Below, in pieces: positions 37,357 through 47,607 of a DNA stretch of 64,000 nucleotides. A program made the translations under genes and the position numbers. The first letter of the stretch is position 1; every line of letters starts with the position of its first letter. The stretch covers positions 3,077 through 67,076 of the forward strand of contig CAYWLQ010000009.1 of the NCBI GenBank assembly GCA_964458775.1. The letters are read 5' to 3'. The stretch is from an uncultured Myxococcales bacterium. GTDB lineage: Bacteria; Myxococcota_A; Polyangia; JAAYKL01. The notes beneath the pieces were generated by a model. The model worked only from the letters and a program-made list of their open reading frames with translations, did no database searches and had not been told where the DNA came from.

Positions 37357-38868
37357 CTATTTAAAAACGAAGGTGATATCCAGCTCTAGACTAATAAAAC
37401 GAGGTAAATTGTTTTTATCTGAAAGTAATGTGCGTGTTTTTTCATCCATGGTTTTTGCGGCAGAAGATGCGTCGGCGTTTTCGTCAGCAGCCGGCAGAGC
37501 ATTAATTTGACCCAATTCGCTGCATACCTTGGAAGTGCTTTTTAAACTCTGCCTAATTGGATCGTATACTCTTGAGCAAGCATATTTCCAGAAAGGCAAA
37601 AGCCACTGTACGTGAACACCGAAGGCTACTGACGGAGCGGCAAAAAAATTAACCCCGATTTCAGGTGTTACGGTAAAACCCTTAAGAGATACGATCTCTC
37701 GTCTTTTGGAAAGCGTACTTATTGTTTCTTGGTACTCTTCCGGAATATCAAACATCGATCCGTCTAATCCCTCAGTGTTTTGTGCAAACAAAAGCCAGGA
37801 ATGGCCGAAATCTATTCCTATATACGGATCCACGGGAAATCTTCTAACCGGATGAATTCGCAAACCGCCGAAAACTCCTGCATATACAAAAGCCTTGTCA
37901 GCATTTAGAAATACTTCTACGTCGGTAGAAATCGGCATTTGGTGATCAAAGGCAACAGCGGTAAACGATAGAGAGACATAAGAAGCTATACGAACTCCCA
38001 ATCTGATACGACCTCCGTAACCCTTTTTTGCCGATTCGCATATTCCTTCACGCATGCACCATGAAAACATAAATCCCAACTCACCGAACATTCCGGAGTG
38101 ATCCCATTTCTTCCAATCTTTTTTCTTTTTGGGAGCATCATCTAAATCTGAAACTGTAAACTCATCCTCAATTTCAATTTCTTCAGGCTCTTCATGAACC
38201 TCAGGTAATTTTTGAATCACAGGTAAAGGTTCAAAAGCCTCCGACTTTATGAGACGTTCCGGATTTGCCATATAAATTTCGGGAAAAGGTGCGTGCATAG
38301 GATCAGGGCTTTTTCCCAGTAGGTTTGCAACCACGACTGCCGTTGCAGGAATGAACGCTTCTGAGCGATACGGGATTTCCCCTCTAAAAGGAAGTTTAAC
38401 AGTTAATAATCTTATCGATCCTGTTTTAACGTTCATAGCAGCCATATCCAAGAAGTGCTCTTTGGAAACTGTTTCATGGATGTTTGAAATAATAATCAAG
38501 TCAGCGCCGATAGAAACACCTGCTTCTTTTAGTTGAAACCGTGTAGGTTTTCCTTCGACCCCTTTTTTATTTAGTGCTTTATCAACCTCTTGTTCTTTTT
38601 TTACATCATATCCTTGAAGCTTTAGTTGCTCTTTTATTTCCTCAAAACACAACTTTAGTTCCGACAAAGTTAGAGTTCCGAAGGTTGAAGCCGCCCCTGC
38701 TATCGGCAACTGAACGGTGTCTTGCTGTAATCCCGCTTCTGCAGATTCAGAATCGTTAGGCAAAGTTGACTGTTCATCAGCAAAAACACTTTTTGGAAAG
38801 AACCAAATTGTACAAACAGAAAAAATTATAATTATTAATTGTAACAAGCTTTTAAAAAATCTTTCCAA
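37357..38868 (-). CDS. secreted hypothetical protein (signal peptide, beta-rich C-terminal half)
   Basis: N-terminal signal peptide 'IIIIFSVCTIWFFPKSVFA'. No enzymatic motif found. Confidence 0.3.
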   Translation of the reverse strand: MERFFKSLLQLIIIIFSVCTIWFFPKSVFADEQSTLPNDSESAEAGLQQDTVQLPIAGAASTFGTLTLSELKLCFEEIKEQLKLQGYDVKKEQEVDKALNKKGVEGKPTRFQLKEAGVSIGADLIIISNIHETVSKEHFLDMAAMNVKTGSIRLLTVKLPFRGEIPYRSEAFIPATAVVVANLLGKSPDPMHAPFPEIYMANPERLIKSEAFEPLPVIQKLPEVHEEPEEIEIEDEFTVSDLDDAPKKKKDWKKWDHSGMFGELGFMFSWCMREGICESAKKGYGGRIRLGVRIASYVSLSFTAVAFDHQMPISTDVEVFLNADKAFVYAGVFGGLRIHPVRRFPVDPYIGIDFGHSWLLFAQNTEGLDGSMFDIPEEYQETISTLSKRREIVSLKGFTVTPEIGVNFFAAPSVAFGVHVQWLLPFWKYACSRVYDPIRQSLKSTSKVCSELGQINALPAADENADASSAAKTMDEKTRTLLSDKNNLPRFISLELDITFVFK

Positions 38869-39009
38869 TATGATCTATCCGCATGAAATTGTCATTTCAT
38901 GGCAAAAAAACCCGCAAATATAAATAACGATACATTGCAAAAAAAATTAAGCTTGCCTTGACTGTCAGTTTTCTGTTGAGAATGGACTTCTTGTGGTAGA
39001 AGTATCACA

Positions 39010-40560
39010 ATGTTACGCTTCTATTGCGGAGGTGCCAAGTTGGGGATGACATTTATTGAAGCAGCCCAAGAAATACTAGAGAGAACCGGCATTCCTATGC
39101 ACGCAAAGGATATCGCAGAAAAAGCTATTGCTTCCGGTATATTATCACATGTGGGGAAAACACCTGTTCAAACCATGTCCGCACAATTATCAGCTACTGT
39201 GCTAAAAGGAGGAGATACCTTCACAAAAATTCGTCCGGGAGTGTTTGCTCTTACCAAGTGGAAAGATACAAGCACCAAAACAAATAAAAATCAGAGTCTC
39301 AAGACAGACTCGGTATCTTCGTCGACAATGAAATCATTGAATGAATCCATACCCATTGTGCCTCGTGAATTGGAGAGTGCTGTTTTTGAAAAAGAGTCTG
39401 AGGAAAAAGTACAGACATCTTTCGTAGATGGAATTTCAACGAACAGTGTATTGCAGAAAAAACGAAAACGCAGGAGGAAGAAAGCATCTAAAGCATCCTC
39501 TTCCTCTATTCCGGCAAATGAAATGGGAGGTATTGTAACAGTGTCTGACTGTCTTACAGACAAAAAAATCGAGATTTCTTCCGACGCTGTCTTGGAAAAG
39601 GAGGAGAGGGGGAAGTTTGAAAAGGCTGATTTAAGCATTTCTTCCGACATCCTCTTGGAAAAAGGGAATAGGAGGGATTTTGAAACTTCTCGTAAAACAC
39701 TTAATAAAACTGAAGTTGTTGAAGACAGAGAAAAAACGAGTGTAAAACTTACAAAAAAAAATGTTGCTGTATCAAAGCAACAGAACACTGCTTCTCCTTT
39801 GGATTTCAACCGTGATGAAATAGTTGATTATATAGAAAAGATCTTGCGAAAATCTTCTCGTCCCATACCTGCAGAAAAGATTGTTGAAGAGCTGGAGATT
39901 TCTTTCAAAGACGGAATCACCCTTATAGAAGCACTTATAATGTCCGATTCTTTTGAAAGGGAGCGTTCCGGTCGAATGCCTCGTTTTGTTAGACATAGGG
40001 GCGGATATGCTTTGCTTGAACGAGAAGTTAACAGCGAAATTGTAACACTTGAAAATCAAATCACAGAGATCAGAAGCAGGTTGTCTTATCTAGCTGAGCG
40101 TCAAATACTAAAAAAACTACGCAGTATGTCAGCTAATACATTCGTTCAAGTTATGATTATATTTTTGGAAAGACTTGGATTCGGCTCAGTCAAACCGATT
40201 TCTGTTAAAGATGATAACGGATTCTATCTGTCAGTTAAGGATAAATCGCGTAGCGGATCTTTTAGAACCGCAATTGTACTGAGACGAGATCCTGCCGAAT
40301 TCATTTTAACTGAACATGAAGTAATGGAGTTGAGAGGAACAATTCATCATTTTAACGCTATGGGAGGAATGATATTTACCACCGGACGAGCAAATGAGAA
40401 GGCTTGTGAAGAGGGACAAATTGCCAATTTACCTCCGGTTGCAGTGATTGACGGTGAGACACTAGCAAGAGAGCTCGTAAGATTGGGAGTAGGCGTCAAA
40501 GATCGTATTGTACGTCTTGCGATTTATGATGATGTTTTCTTTAATAAGATAGAATCCTAA
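39010..40560 (+). CDS. HARE-HTH (winged-helix) N-terminal domain fused to an Mrr-like restriction-endonuclease-fold C-terminal domain with degenerate catalytic residues
   Basis: N-terminal 'MTFIEAAQEILERTGIPMHAKDIAEKAI..GKTPVQTMSAQLSATVLKGGDTFTKIRPGVFALTKW' is HARE-HTH-like. C-terminal 'FVQVMIIFLERLGFGSV...DDNGFYLSV...AIVLRR...GGMIFTTGRANEKACEEGQ...VAVIDGETLARELVRLGVGV' follows the Mrr_cat pattern, but the GiD and QxK positions are replaced. An internal 2x repeat '(I)SSDAVLEKEERGKFEKADLS / ISSDILLEKGNRRDFETS' lies in the middle. Confidence 0.55.
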   Translation: MLRFYCGGAKLGMTFIEAAQEILERTGIPMHAKDIAEKAIASGILSHVGKTPVQTMSAQLSATVLKGGDTFTKIRPGVFALTKWKDTSTKTNKNQSLKTDSVSSSTMKSLNESIPIVPRELESAVFEKESEEKVQTSFVDGISTNSVLQKKRKRRRKKASKASSSSIPANEMGGIVTVSDCLTDKKIEISSDAVLEKEERGKFEKADLSISSDILLEKGNRRDFETSRKTLNKTEVVEDREKTSVKLTKKNVAVSKQQNTASPLDFNRDEIVDYIEKILRKSSRPIPAEKIVEELEISFKDGITLIEALIMSDSFERERSGRMPRFVRHRGGYALLEREVNSEIVTLENQITEIRSRLSYLAERQILKKLRSMSANTFVQVMIIFLERLGFGSVKPISVKDDNGFYLSVKDKSRSGSFRTAIVLRRDPAEFILTEHEVMELRGTIHHFNAMGGMIFTTGRANEKACEEGQIANLPPVAVIDGETLARELVRLGVGVKDRIVRLAIYDDVFFNKIES

Positions 40561-40579
40561 ACGGAACAAATAGATCCAA

Positions 40580-43144
40580 ATGGCAGAAAAAAACAACAAC
40601 ATGTCTTTTTCTTTTTCTGATGCTGAAATGCCTGTTCGTTTTGGACGATATATGCTGCTTCGCAGAAAAAGTTTGGAATCAATAGGTGAACACTTTTTGG
40701 CATTGTGGGGTGTTGATGAAGGAATAGATCAACTGCGTATGGTTCGTGCTATCTATCGATCAGTTGCAGAAGACGAAGACTTTGTGGCTATGTTTACAGA
40801 AGAAGCTCGTTCCTTATCACAACTATCAAGCTCCAATGTTGTACGAATTGTTGAGGTCGGAAGCGAAAGCGGAATTCCGTTTGTTGCTCAAGAGCATGTA
40901 GAAGGTATTACGCTTGAACGCCTGCTTCAGATTTCGGAAGAGCGCGGGATACGATGCCATTGGGAACTTGCTGCACACGTAGCTGCTGAAATGCTTCGCG
41001 GGCTTGATCATGTTCATCGTCGTGAAGATGTTAGAGGTATTCCGTTGGCAATGCGTCACGGAGATATAAGACCTCCAAATGTGCTGATTTCCTTTAATGG
41101 TGAGGTTAAACTTACCAATTTCAGCTCTTCTTTGTATTATATGGTTCATAAAGGCACAAACACTCGATTCGAAACCGAACGCGGAATGTATGCATCGCCG
41201 GAAGGACGTCGTTCGGCCTCAAAAGGGGCAACCGCAGCCGGTGATTTATGGGGAGTATCTGTTTCTCTTCTCGTTATGCTTGAAGGATTGTCGGCACTAA
41301 AACAAATCAACTCATTTGTTGCAGACGGCGAGTCTTTAACCTCTGTAGCATACAGGATAAGAGAAATACCCAAACGTCTCAATCTTCTCTTGGCTAGAGC
41401 CCTTCATATAGATCCGCGCCATCGATTTGATACTGCATCTGCAATGAGAGATGCTTTGTTAGAAATTCTTAAAGAAAACGGTGTCGGTCATCCTCCTGAT
41501 GATCTATCTGCCTTTGTTAAGGATCTGGGTTCTCAAGAAAGAGAAGAAGAAGAAAAAATAGTTAGAACCATGTTAGGAAGGGAAGCGAGTATGTCTCTTG
41601 ATGAATTGTCTGATTCATCAAAAATTGCGCCCGGAACTGTATTAGACGGCAAATATCATTTGTTAAGACTCATAGGCGAAGGTGGTATGGGGCAAGTCTT
41701 TGAAGCGGAGCATTTGGGTATAGAAAAGCGTCTGGCAGTTAAAGTTCTTCACGAACGTGTACTTCACGATCAAGTCGCGGTGGAGCGTTTTCGCCGAGAA
41801 GCTAGAATTCTAGGCGGACTTGGTCATCCCAATATTGTCAGCGTTACTGACTACGGAGTTACTGTTGAAGGAAACTACTACTTGGCAATGGAGCTTCTTG
41901 ACGGAAAGAGCCTTGGTTCAAAATTAGAAAAAAACGAGGCAATATCTCCTGTAGAAATTATGGATATAATGATTGCGGTTTGTAACGGTCTTACTGCTGC
42001 TCATGCAGCCGGAGTAGTGCATCGTGACCTTAAGCCGGACAACATATTTCTAACAAGAACAGGTCCTCGAATTGTCGATTTTGGCATAGCCAAACGGACA
42101 GATTTCGATGATGAAGAGCGCTCGCTAACGAAAACCGGCAATATCTGCGGCACAGTGGAATATATCTCACCTGAACACATCGGAGGTCAAAATACAGATC
42201 ATAGGGTAGATATATACACAGCAGGGCTAATTATCTACGAAGTGCTTACAGGTACTACTCCTTTTAAGGGGCGCAATATTGCTGAGACGATGAACCGAAT
42301 TATGACAGACAAGATTACCGCTCCAAGAAAACGCACAGGCAACAAACTAATTCCTAAACCGTTGGAGGATATTTGTCTTAAAGCAATGTCTCGCGATCCG
42401 GCAAAGCGTTATCAGTCTGCTGAAGAAATGCGATTGGCATTAGAAGCTGTTAGAGCTGAAGTATTTCAGATGACAATGATTGAGTCTTTGGGAAATTCAA
42501 AAAAAACCAAAACTCTCCATACTGTTGCATTATTAGGATTGTCAGGTGCTATGTTGTTGTCTGCAATACTGATATATTTTTTTAAACTTAACTCGGTCAA
42601 TGAAAACAAGGTATCAGTTACTCTACCATTGTCTTCGGAAATAAAAAAAGCCGAACCCTTACCCTCAATTCATGACAATGATGATAGTCATGTTGAAGAA
42701 AAACTGACAAAATCTGAGAATAATATCGCCGAAAACACAACAGAAGACACAGCTTCATTTTTCAATTCTGTCAATGAAGGAGAAATAACCTTAGAAGAGC
42801 TCTTAAGCCAAGGAGAAGCAGCCTTGAAGAGACTTGATCTGGCCGGTGCTGCTTATCACTTTAAGATGGCGTCAGAGAGAGATCCTCGAAATCCACGAGG
42901 TTGGTACGGACAAGGAAGAGTTTGGTTTGAACGGAACGACCCTCAAAGAGCCGTCATAATGATTCAGAAAGCACTAAAATTGGATCCAGGTAGATATAAA
43001 TGGCGTGTTTTTTTAGGAAAAATCTACATGTCAATTGGAGACAGAGAGCGAGCAGTTCGAGAATGGAAAAGAGTTCTGCTGACACGCCCCAACCATTCAG
43101 AAACTTTACAATTGCTTTCAGCTTCAGGTGCACCGTCTGACTAG
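40580..43144 (+). CDS. tandem pseudokinase plus active Hanks Ser/Thr kinase, with TM and C-terminal TPR repeats
   Basis: Domain 1 is degenerate ('MRHGDIRPPNVLI', 'KLTNFSSS', no Gly loop). Domain 2 is canonical ('GEGGMGQVFEA', 'AVK', 'HRDLKPDNIFL', 'DFGIAK', 'SPEH'). TM 'LLGLSGAMLLSAILIYFF'. C-terminal TPR ('AAYHFKMASERDPRNPRGWYGQGRVWFERNDPQRAV...'). Confidence 0.85.
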   Translation: MAEKNNNMSFSFSDAEMPVRFGRYMLLRRKSLESIGEHFLALWGVDEGIDQLRMVRAIYRSVAEDEDFVAMFTEEARSLSQLSSSNVVRIVEVGSESGIPFVAQEHVEGITLERLLQISEERGIRCHWELAAHVAAEMLRGLDHVHRREDVRGIPLAMRHGDIRPPNVLISFNGEVKLTNFSSSLYYMVHKGTNTRFETERGMYASPEGRRSASKGATAAGDLWGVSVSLLVMLEGLSALKQINSFVADGESLTSVAYRIREIPKRLNLLLARALHIDPRHRFDTASAMRDALLEILKENGVGHPPDDLSAFVKDLGSQEREEEEKIVRTMLGREASMSLDELSDSSKIAPGTVLDGKYHLLRLIGEGGMGQVFEAEHLGIEKRLAVKVLHERVLHDQVAVERFRREARILGGLGHPNIVSVTDYGVTVEGNYYLAMELLDGKSLGSKLEKNEAISPVEIMDIMIAVCNGLTAAHAAGVVHRDLKPDNIFLTRTGPRIVDFGIAKRTDFDDEERSLTKTGNICGTVEYISPEHIGGQNTDHRVDIYTAGLIIYEVLTGTTPFKGRNIAETMNRIMTDKITAPRKRTGNKLIPKPLEDICLKAMSRDPAKRYQSAEEMRLALEAVRAEVFQMTMIESLGNSKKTKTLHTVALLGLSGAMLLSAILIYFFKLNSVNENKVSVTLPLSSEIKKAEPLPSIHDNDDSHVEEKLTKSENNIAENTTEDTASFFNSVNEGEITLEELLSQGEAALKRLDLAGAAYHFKMASERDPRNPRGWYGQGRVWFERNDPQRAVIMIQKALKLDPGRYKWRVFLGKIYMSIGDRERAVREWKRVLLTRPNHSETLQLLSASGAPSD

Positions 43145-43153
43145 CAATAAATA

Positions 43154-43190
43154 GGCGCTCCTTCGTTTTTTATAACAAAAGAGCGCCCAT
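43154..43190. terminator. candidate bidirectional intrinsic terminator between convergent genes
   Basis: ggcgctc...(long loop)...gagcgcc inverted repeat followed by cattttaat. It lies between the stop at 43144 (+) and the stop at 43221 (-). Confidence 0.3.
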
Positions 43191-43220
43191 TTTAATCTAA
43201 AACAGGTTAAGATTATTGGA

Positions 43221-44537
43221 CTAACTGCCTGCTGTCATAGTAAAAGGAAGAAATTTTGCGCGATTCGGATGCCTCAACTTGTTCATTGCCTTCATCTCTA
43301 TTTGGCGAATTCGTTCTCTTGTGACTTTAAACCTCAAACCTACGTCATCAAGTGTGTGTTCGTTCATTGACTCAATTCCATAACGCATTCTAAGGACAAG
43401 CTCTTCTCTAGGTTCCAAGGTGGATAAAGCTTTTCTGGTCTTTTCTGATGTGTCTTTACTTAGGGCAATTTCTTGTGGTGAAGCGTTTCGATCATCTTCC
43501 AGTAGATCACAGAGAACTGCATCATTATCATCCCCGCCGATGGGCATGTCTATGCTTACTGTTTCCTTGGTAATATGAAGCAGCATTTCTACCTTAAAAA
43601 CATCCATTTCCATTTGTGCGGCAAGTTCTTCTAAAGACGGTTCTCTCTGAAGCTCTTTTGACAGTTTTTCTCTAAGATGTCCGAGTTTACGTTTGTAATC
43701 AGAAATGTGAACCGGAATACGTATAATTCTCGAATGATCATCAAGAGCTCTTGATACAGCTTGTCTTATCCACCAGGTTGCGTATGTGCTGAAGCGGAAT
43801 CCCAATCTATGGTCATATTTTTCTGCTGCGCGCATCAGGCCGATATTTCCTTCTTGTATTAGGTCAAAAAGCGGCATTCCCCTGTTTTTGTATCTTTTAG
43901 CAATTGAAACCACCAAACGCAGGTTAGATTCGACAATGCGCATTCGCATTCGTCTTATGCTTTCCTCATGTATGAAGAGCTTGTCACACAATATTTGAAG
44001 GTTTTTCTCTGATATTCCTAACTTATTTTCAACTTCAAGTATTTGGTTTTCCGCTTGTTTTGCTGCGGTATCCATATCGCGCAAAGTATGTAAATTCAGA
44101 CGGCTGGGCCATGAGCACATAGCCTGCTTCTGAAATGCAGCATCAGCCTTGCGAAGTAGTTTTCGGATTTCAAACATCTTCATGCCGGCAATCTTTTCGC
44201 AACGCTTAATGGTTTGGGCGGCCTGTTTTTGGATCTCGTTACATTGATGTAACTGTTCAATAGTTTGATAAAGAAGTTTTCGCTCAGAGGCATCTTCTGT
44301 TTCTGTTTCTTTGTCAAAATCATATTCAGCTTGCTCAACAAACTGCACAGGAATAGAAATTCCGAATTTTTCTATTAGAGCAGATACCTTTGCTTCTTCT
44401 TCAACAATTTTCTCACCGATTGCTGTTTCATCTTCTCTAGTAAGCAGTTTAAAACGAGCTATTCTCTTTAAATAGTCACCGATTGCTTCAATTACCCATT
44501 GTTCATTGTTTTTGTTTCGGACACTATTCATGAGCAA
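43221..44537 (-). CDS. RNA polymerase sigma-70 family sigma factor (RpoD-type, group 1/2-like)
   Basis: Region 2 '[61 protein letters not shown]', region 3 'IRIPVH', and region 4 '[29 protein letters not shown]'. At 438 aa it is shorter than a typical RpoD. Confidence 0.85.
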   Translation of the reverse strand: MLMNSVRNKNNEQWVIEAIGDYLKRIARFKLLTREDETAIGEKIVEEEAKVSALIEKFGISIPVQFVEQAEYDFDKETETEDASERKLLYQTIEQLHQCNEIQKQAAQTIKRCEKIAGMKMFEIRKLLRKADAAFQKQAMCSWPSRLNLHTLRDMDTAAKQAENQILEVENKLGISEKNLQILCDKLFIHEESIRRMRMRIVESNLRLVVSIAKRYKNRGMPLFDLIQEGNIGLMRAAEKYDHRLGFRFSTYATWWIRQAVSRALDDHSRIIRIPVHISDYKRKLGHLREKLSKELQREPSLEELAAQMEMDVFKVEMLLHITKETVSIDMPIGGDDNDAVLCDLLEDDRNASPQEIALSKDTSEKTRKALSTLEPREELVLRMRYGIESMNEHTLDDVGLRFKVTRERIRQIEMKAMNKLRHPNRAKFLPFTMTAGS

Positions 44538-44872
44538 ACCTCACCCTCGGTATTTGACCCAAATTGTTGTTTTTTCAAACTTTTAACATCAGCCGTATCC
44601 AAGTTCGCGCGAAGCTCGGCCGCATCTAAACGTGTTTTATTGCAACAAGTGAACCAAAGTGTTTTTTGTAATGGAATATTTTCTTGTAAATACTGTAACA
44701 TTATGAAATGACAAATATATTTATGCGGCATGCTCTTTGTTGAATGTAAAAAACCTATTAGATGTTGAAAACATAATTGGCATTTTTAGCAGTTAGCAGG
44801 ACATTGATGTCGTAGTTTGAAATGAAAATGTATAGCCAAAAAACTTTGAATGTATAACATCTGAAAGCAACT

Positions 44873-45703
44873 ATGCGTAAGACAGACTGGCGACAATTGT
44901 CATTTTCATTTAAACAGGATTCTTCACAAGATGTGATTTCTAATAATTTTGAAGATTTACAAAATGAAGGAGCGGTTTTGTCACGAGCCGTTGACTCCGG
45001 AGCAGAGGCTGAGTTGGATGCACACAGGATGAGAATTCAAGGATATCTCACTGTATACATGCCGGAACCGGTAAAGTTGGTTTTTACTAAAAACCATAGT
45101 ACCATGATTTCATTTAGAAGAAGAGAAGGTTGCATCTATCTTAGACTTCATAAAATGTTCAGACATGCTGACGAAAACATGCTCAATCATCTTCTTGATT
45201 TCTTAAAAACAAAAAAAAACCGCGATTCTTCTGCCATAAATAAATTTATTGCTGACCACTCCCAAGAAATAGATAGTAACAAAAGTGTACGGAGAAGTAT
45301 GTTGGAAGTCCAAGGACGCTATTTCAATTTGGAAGAGGTATTGGCGCGAACAGCTGAACGTTATTTTGGGGGACAAGTAGATGTTAGTATCGGATGGGGG
45401 CGAGCTCCTAATGTAAGAAAGCGTAAAGGTCGATTCAAAACTATAAGTCGAGCACTTGCAACCTATAGTTACAATGAACGAATAATTAGAGTAAGTCCGA
45501 TTCTTGATGCTCCTGATATTCCCTCATACGTTATAGACTGGATTGTATATCATGAAATACTTCATCATGTTATTCCGGTAAAGAAGAGCGGTTCCAAACA
45601 TATTTATCATTCAGCACAGTTTCGTTCTTTAGAACGAGGGTTTGAACATTTTGAAAAAGCAAAAAAATGGGAAACAGAAAATATTGAAAGAATACTTCGA
45701 TAA
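44873..45703 (+). CDS. YgjP/DUF45-like (WLM/SprT-like) zinc metallohydrolase
   Basis: C-terminal 'VIDWIVYHEILHHVIPVKKSGSKHIYHSAQFRSLERGF' gives HExxH plus a downstream His/'HSxxF'. Upstream 'GWGRAPNVRKRKGRFKTISRALATYS...IIRVSPIL' matches the DUF45 core. Confidence 0.6.
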   Translation: MRKTDWRQLSFSFKQDSSQDVISNNFEDLQNEGAVLSRAVDSGAEAELDAHRMRIQGYLTVYMPEPVKLVFTKNHSTMISFRRREGCIYLRLHKMFRHADENMLNHLLDFLKTKKNRDSSAINKFIADHSQEIDSNKSVRRSMLEVQGRYFNLEEVLARTAERYFGGQVDVSIGWGRAPNVRKRKGRFKTISRALATYSYNERIIRVSPILDAPDIPSYVIDWIVYHEILHHVIPVKKSGSKHIYHSAQFRSLERGFEHFEKAKKWETENIERILR

Positions 45704-45771
45704 TCAACAACAGTTTTAGAAGATGATTTTTGTAGAAGTTAAAAACCTTCGGAAATGATTATCACCGAAGG

Positions 45772-45848
<77 letters not shown>

Positions 45849-45960
45849 AGCGGCGCGCATTTGTTACTTGATCAGGTGAGTTTTTGTCAAGTGATAACAT
45901 CAGTAAGTTGCATTTTTTGTTTTAATTGCAAAAAAATACTCAATGTTTGTGCTGCATGTC

Positions 45961-45989
45961 TTGACATGTACATCACTTCGCGATAGGGC
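45961..45989 (+). promoter_or_regulatory. candidate sigma-70-type promoter for rpsT (TTGACA -35, weak -10)
   Basis: TTGACA at 45961-45966, a 17-nt spacer, then tagggc. AAGGAGG RBS at 46003-46009. Confidence 0.25.
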
Positions 45990-46019
45990 TTCTCGTCCTT
46001 TGCTAAGGAGGCTTTTAAG

Positions 46020-46283
46020 TTGGCAAATCATAAGCAGTCGAAAAAAAGAACTCGTCAGAATGTAAAACGTGTTGCACGTAATCGTCCGATCCGCACTAAA
46101 CTGAGATCCGGAATTAAGAAGGTACGTGCAGAAATATCTGCAGGTAAGACTGATGATGCTAAGGCAGCTCTAGTAACAGCGGTAAAACAGTTAGATAAAT
46201 CTGTGACAAAGGGCATTATGCACAAGAAGACCGCTTCACGCCTTATCTCAAGATTAACAATAGCTGTTAACAAACTTCAGTAA
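46020..46283 (+). CDS. rpsT: 30S ribosomal protein S20 (bS20)
   Basis: 'ANHKQSKKRTRQNVKRVARNRPIRTKLRSGIKKVR...' is a typical bS20 sequence. TTG start with a strong SD. Confidence 0.9.
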   Translation: MANHKQSKKRTRQNVKRVARNRPIRTKLRSGIKKVRAEISAGKTDDAKAALVTAVKQLDKSVTKGIMHKKTASRLISRLTIAVNKLQ

Positions 46284-46380
46284 TTATCGGTATTGTTCGG
46301 CTTTCTGCAATAGATTCAAGGATATACATCAATCGGTAAAGGTGTATTGTTTGTTATGCAATCATTACTGTGCAGTTGGA

Positions 46381-47382
46381 TTAACTGCGTTTGGGCGGAC
46401 ACAAATCGACTAGTGTTTCTTCCATTATCAAACCGGATGATCGCCTTGCAGATTTCATCTGATAATCAGCATATGAAAGGCGTAACAATGCCTGCTCCAA
46501 CTCTGTTCCGCGAAAACCCCGAGCTTGTGTGATCAGCTTTTTTATCATAAACGGAGGAGAGCCGGAGATCGATGCGAACTCTCTTTCATCTGTTCCCAAA
46601 TGAAGATGGATTCTGATTTTGAGCAGTTGCCTGATATGTCTAGCCAGCATTGCATTTAGAGCTATTGGCTCTTCTTGTCTTTTCAATAAACCTTCAAGTA
46701 ATGACAAGGCTTTGTCGGAGTCTCCTCGACCGACAGCATCAACCAGTTCAAATACAGAATGCTGTCTTACAGTTGTAATCGTTTCAGAAACATCATCTTC
46801 TTCTACACATCTTTTAGTACCCACAAACAATCCTAGTCTCTGAACTGCATCATCAAGAGCTCCGCAGTCCGGACCTACAGCGGCTGCAATCGCAGACAAT
46901 GCTTCAGGAGAAAGACGCACATTAGAGGATTTTGCTCGCCACCTTATAAAGGACAAAATATCTGATTCTTTTAGAGAGTTAAACTCAACAAGGAAACCTC
47001 TTTGTTTAGCTGTTTTGGTAAGAGCTCTTCTTGCATCAAAAGAATCTCCTATCAATACCAGACATGCTGTTGGAGAAGGATTGTTTAAGTATGTCTCTAA
47101 GTCCTTTTGACTCTCCGTTGAAAGCTTATGTGCATCTTCAACAATTACCAAACATTTTGTAGCCATCATTGGAATCTGTGAGGCGATTCTTATTATTTCG
47201 TTTCCGGTAGTAACGTTTCCCTTAAGCTCATGAAGATTGTATCTTCCCATTGGATGAGACAATACTGTTCTTTTAATCTTTTCCACAATTCTATCTATAA
47301 AGAAACGTTCTTTCCCGGATATGACATACACAAAATTAAGGTTGTTTTCATTTAGATTGTCGATAAAAGAACACTGTTCCAT
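46381..47382 (-). CDS. holA: DNA polymerase III delta subunit
   Basis: 333 aa. 'FVYVISGKERFFIDRIVEKIK' N-terminus, a 'CLVLIGD' box, and a helical C-terminal domain. Convergent with rpsT, as in many bacteria. Confidence 0.7.
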   Translation of the reverse strand: MEQCSFIDNLNENNLNFVYVISGKERFFIDRIVEKIKRTVLSHPMGRYNLHELKGNVTTGNEIIRIASQIPMMATKCLVIVEDAHKLSTESQKDLETYLNNPSPTACLVLIGDSFDARRALTKTAKQRGFLVEFNSLKESDILSFIRWRAKSSNVRLSPEALSAIAAAVGPDCGALDDAVQRLGLFVGTKRCVEEDDVSETITTVRQHSVFELVDAVGRGDSDKALSLLEGLLKRQEEPIALNAMLARHIRQLLKIRIHLHLGTDEREFASISGSPPFMIKKLITQARGFRGTELEQALLRLSYADYQMKSARRSSGLIMEETLVDLCPPKRS

Positions 47383-47607
47383 AAATGTAAGATTATCATA
47401 ATCTATTTGAGTAAAATATCTTCATTTTGAAACAATGCTTTTTTATCTTTTATGAGAAGAGATTGAATCTTTTGTTTTGAGATATTTTCAAGACTGGACT
47501 TTTGAACAGCGGATTTATTAATCATTGATTGAGTTTGACAACGACTTATACGTTATGCTTTAAACAGTCAATTCACGAAATGTAAATTTCAATGGAGGAG
47601 ATTTTAA

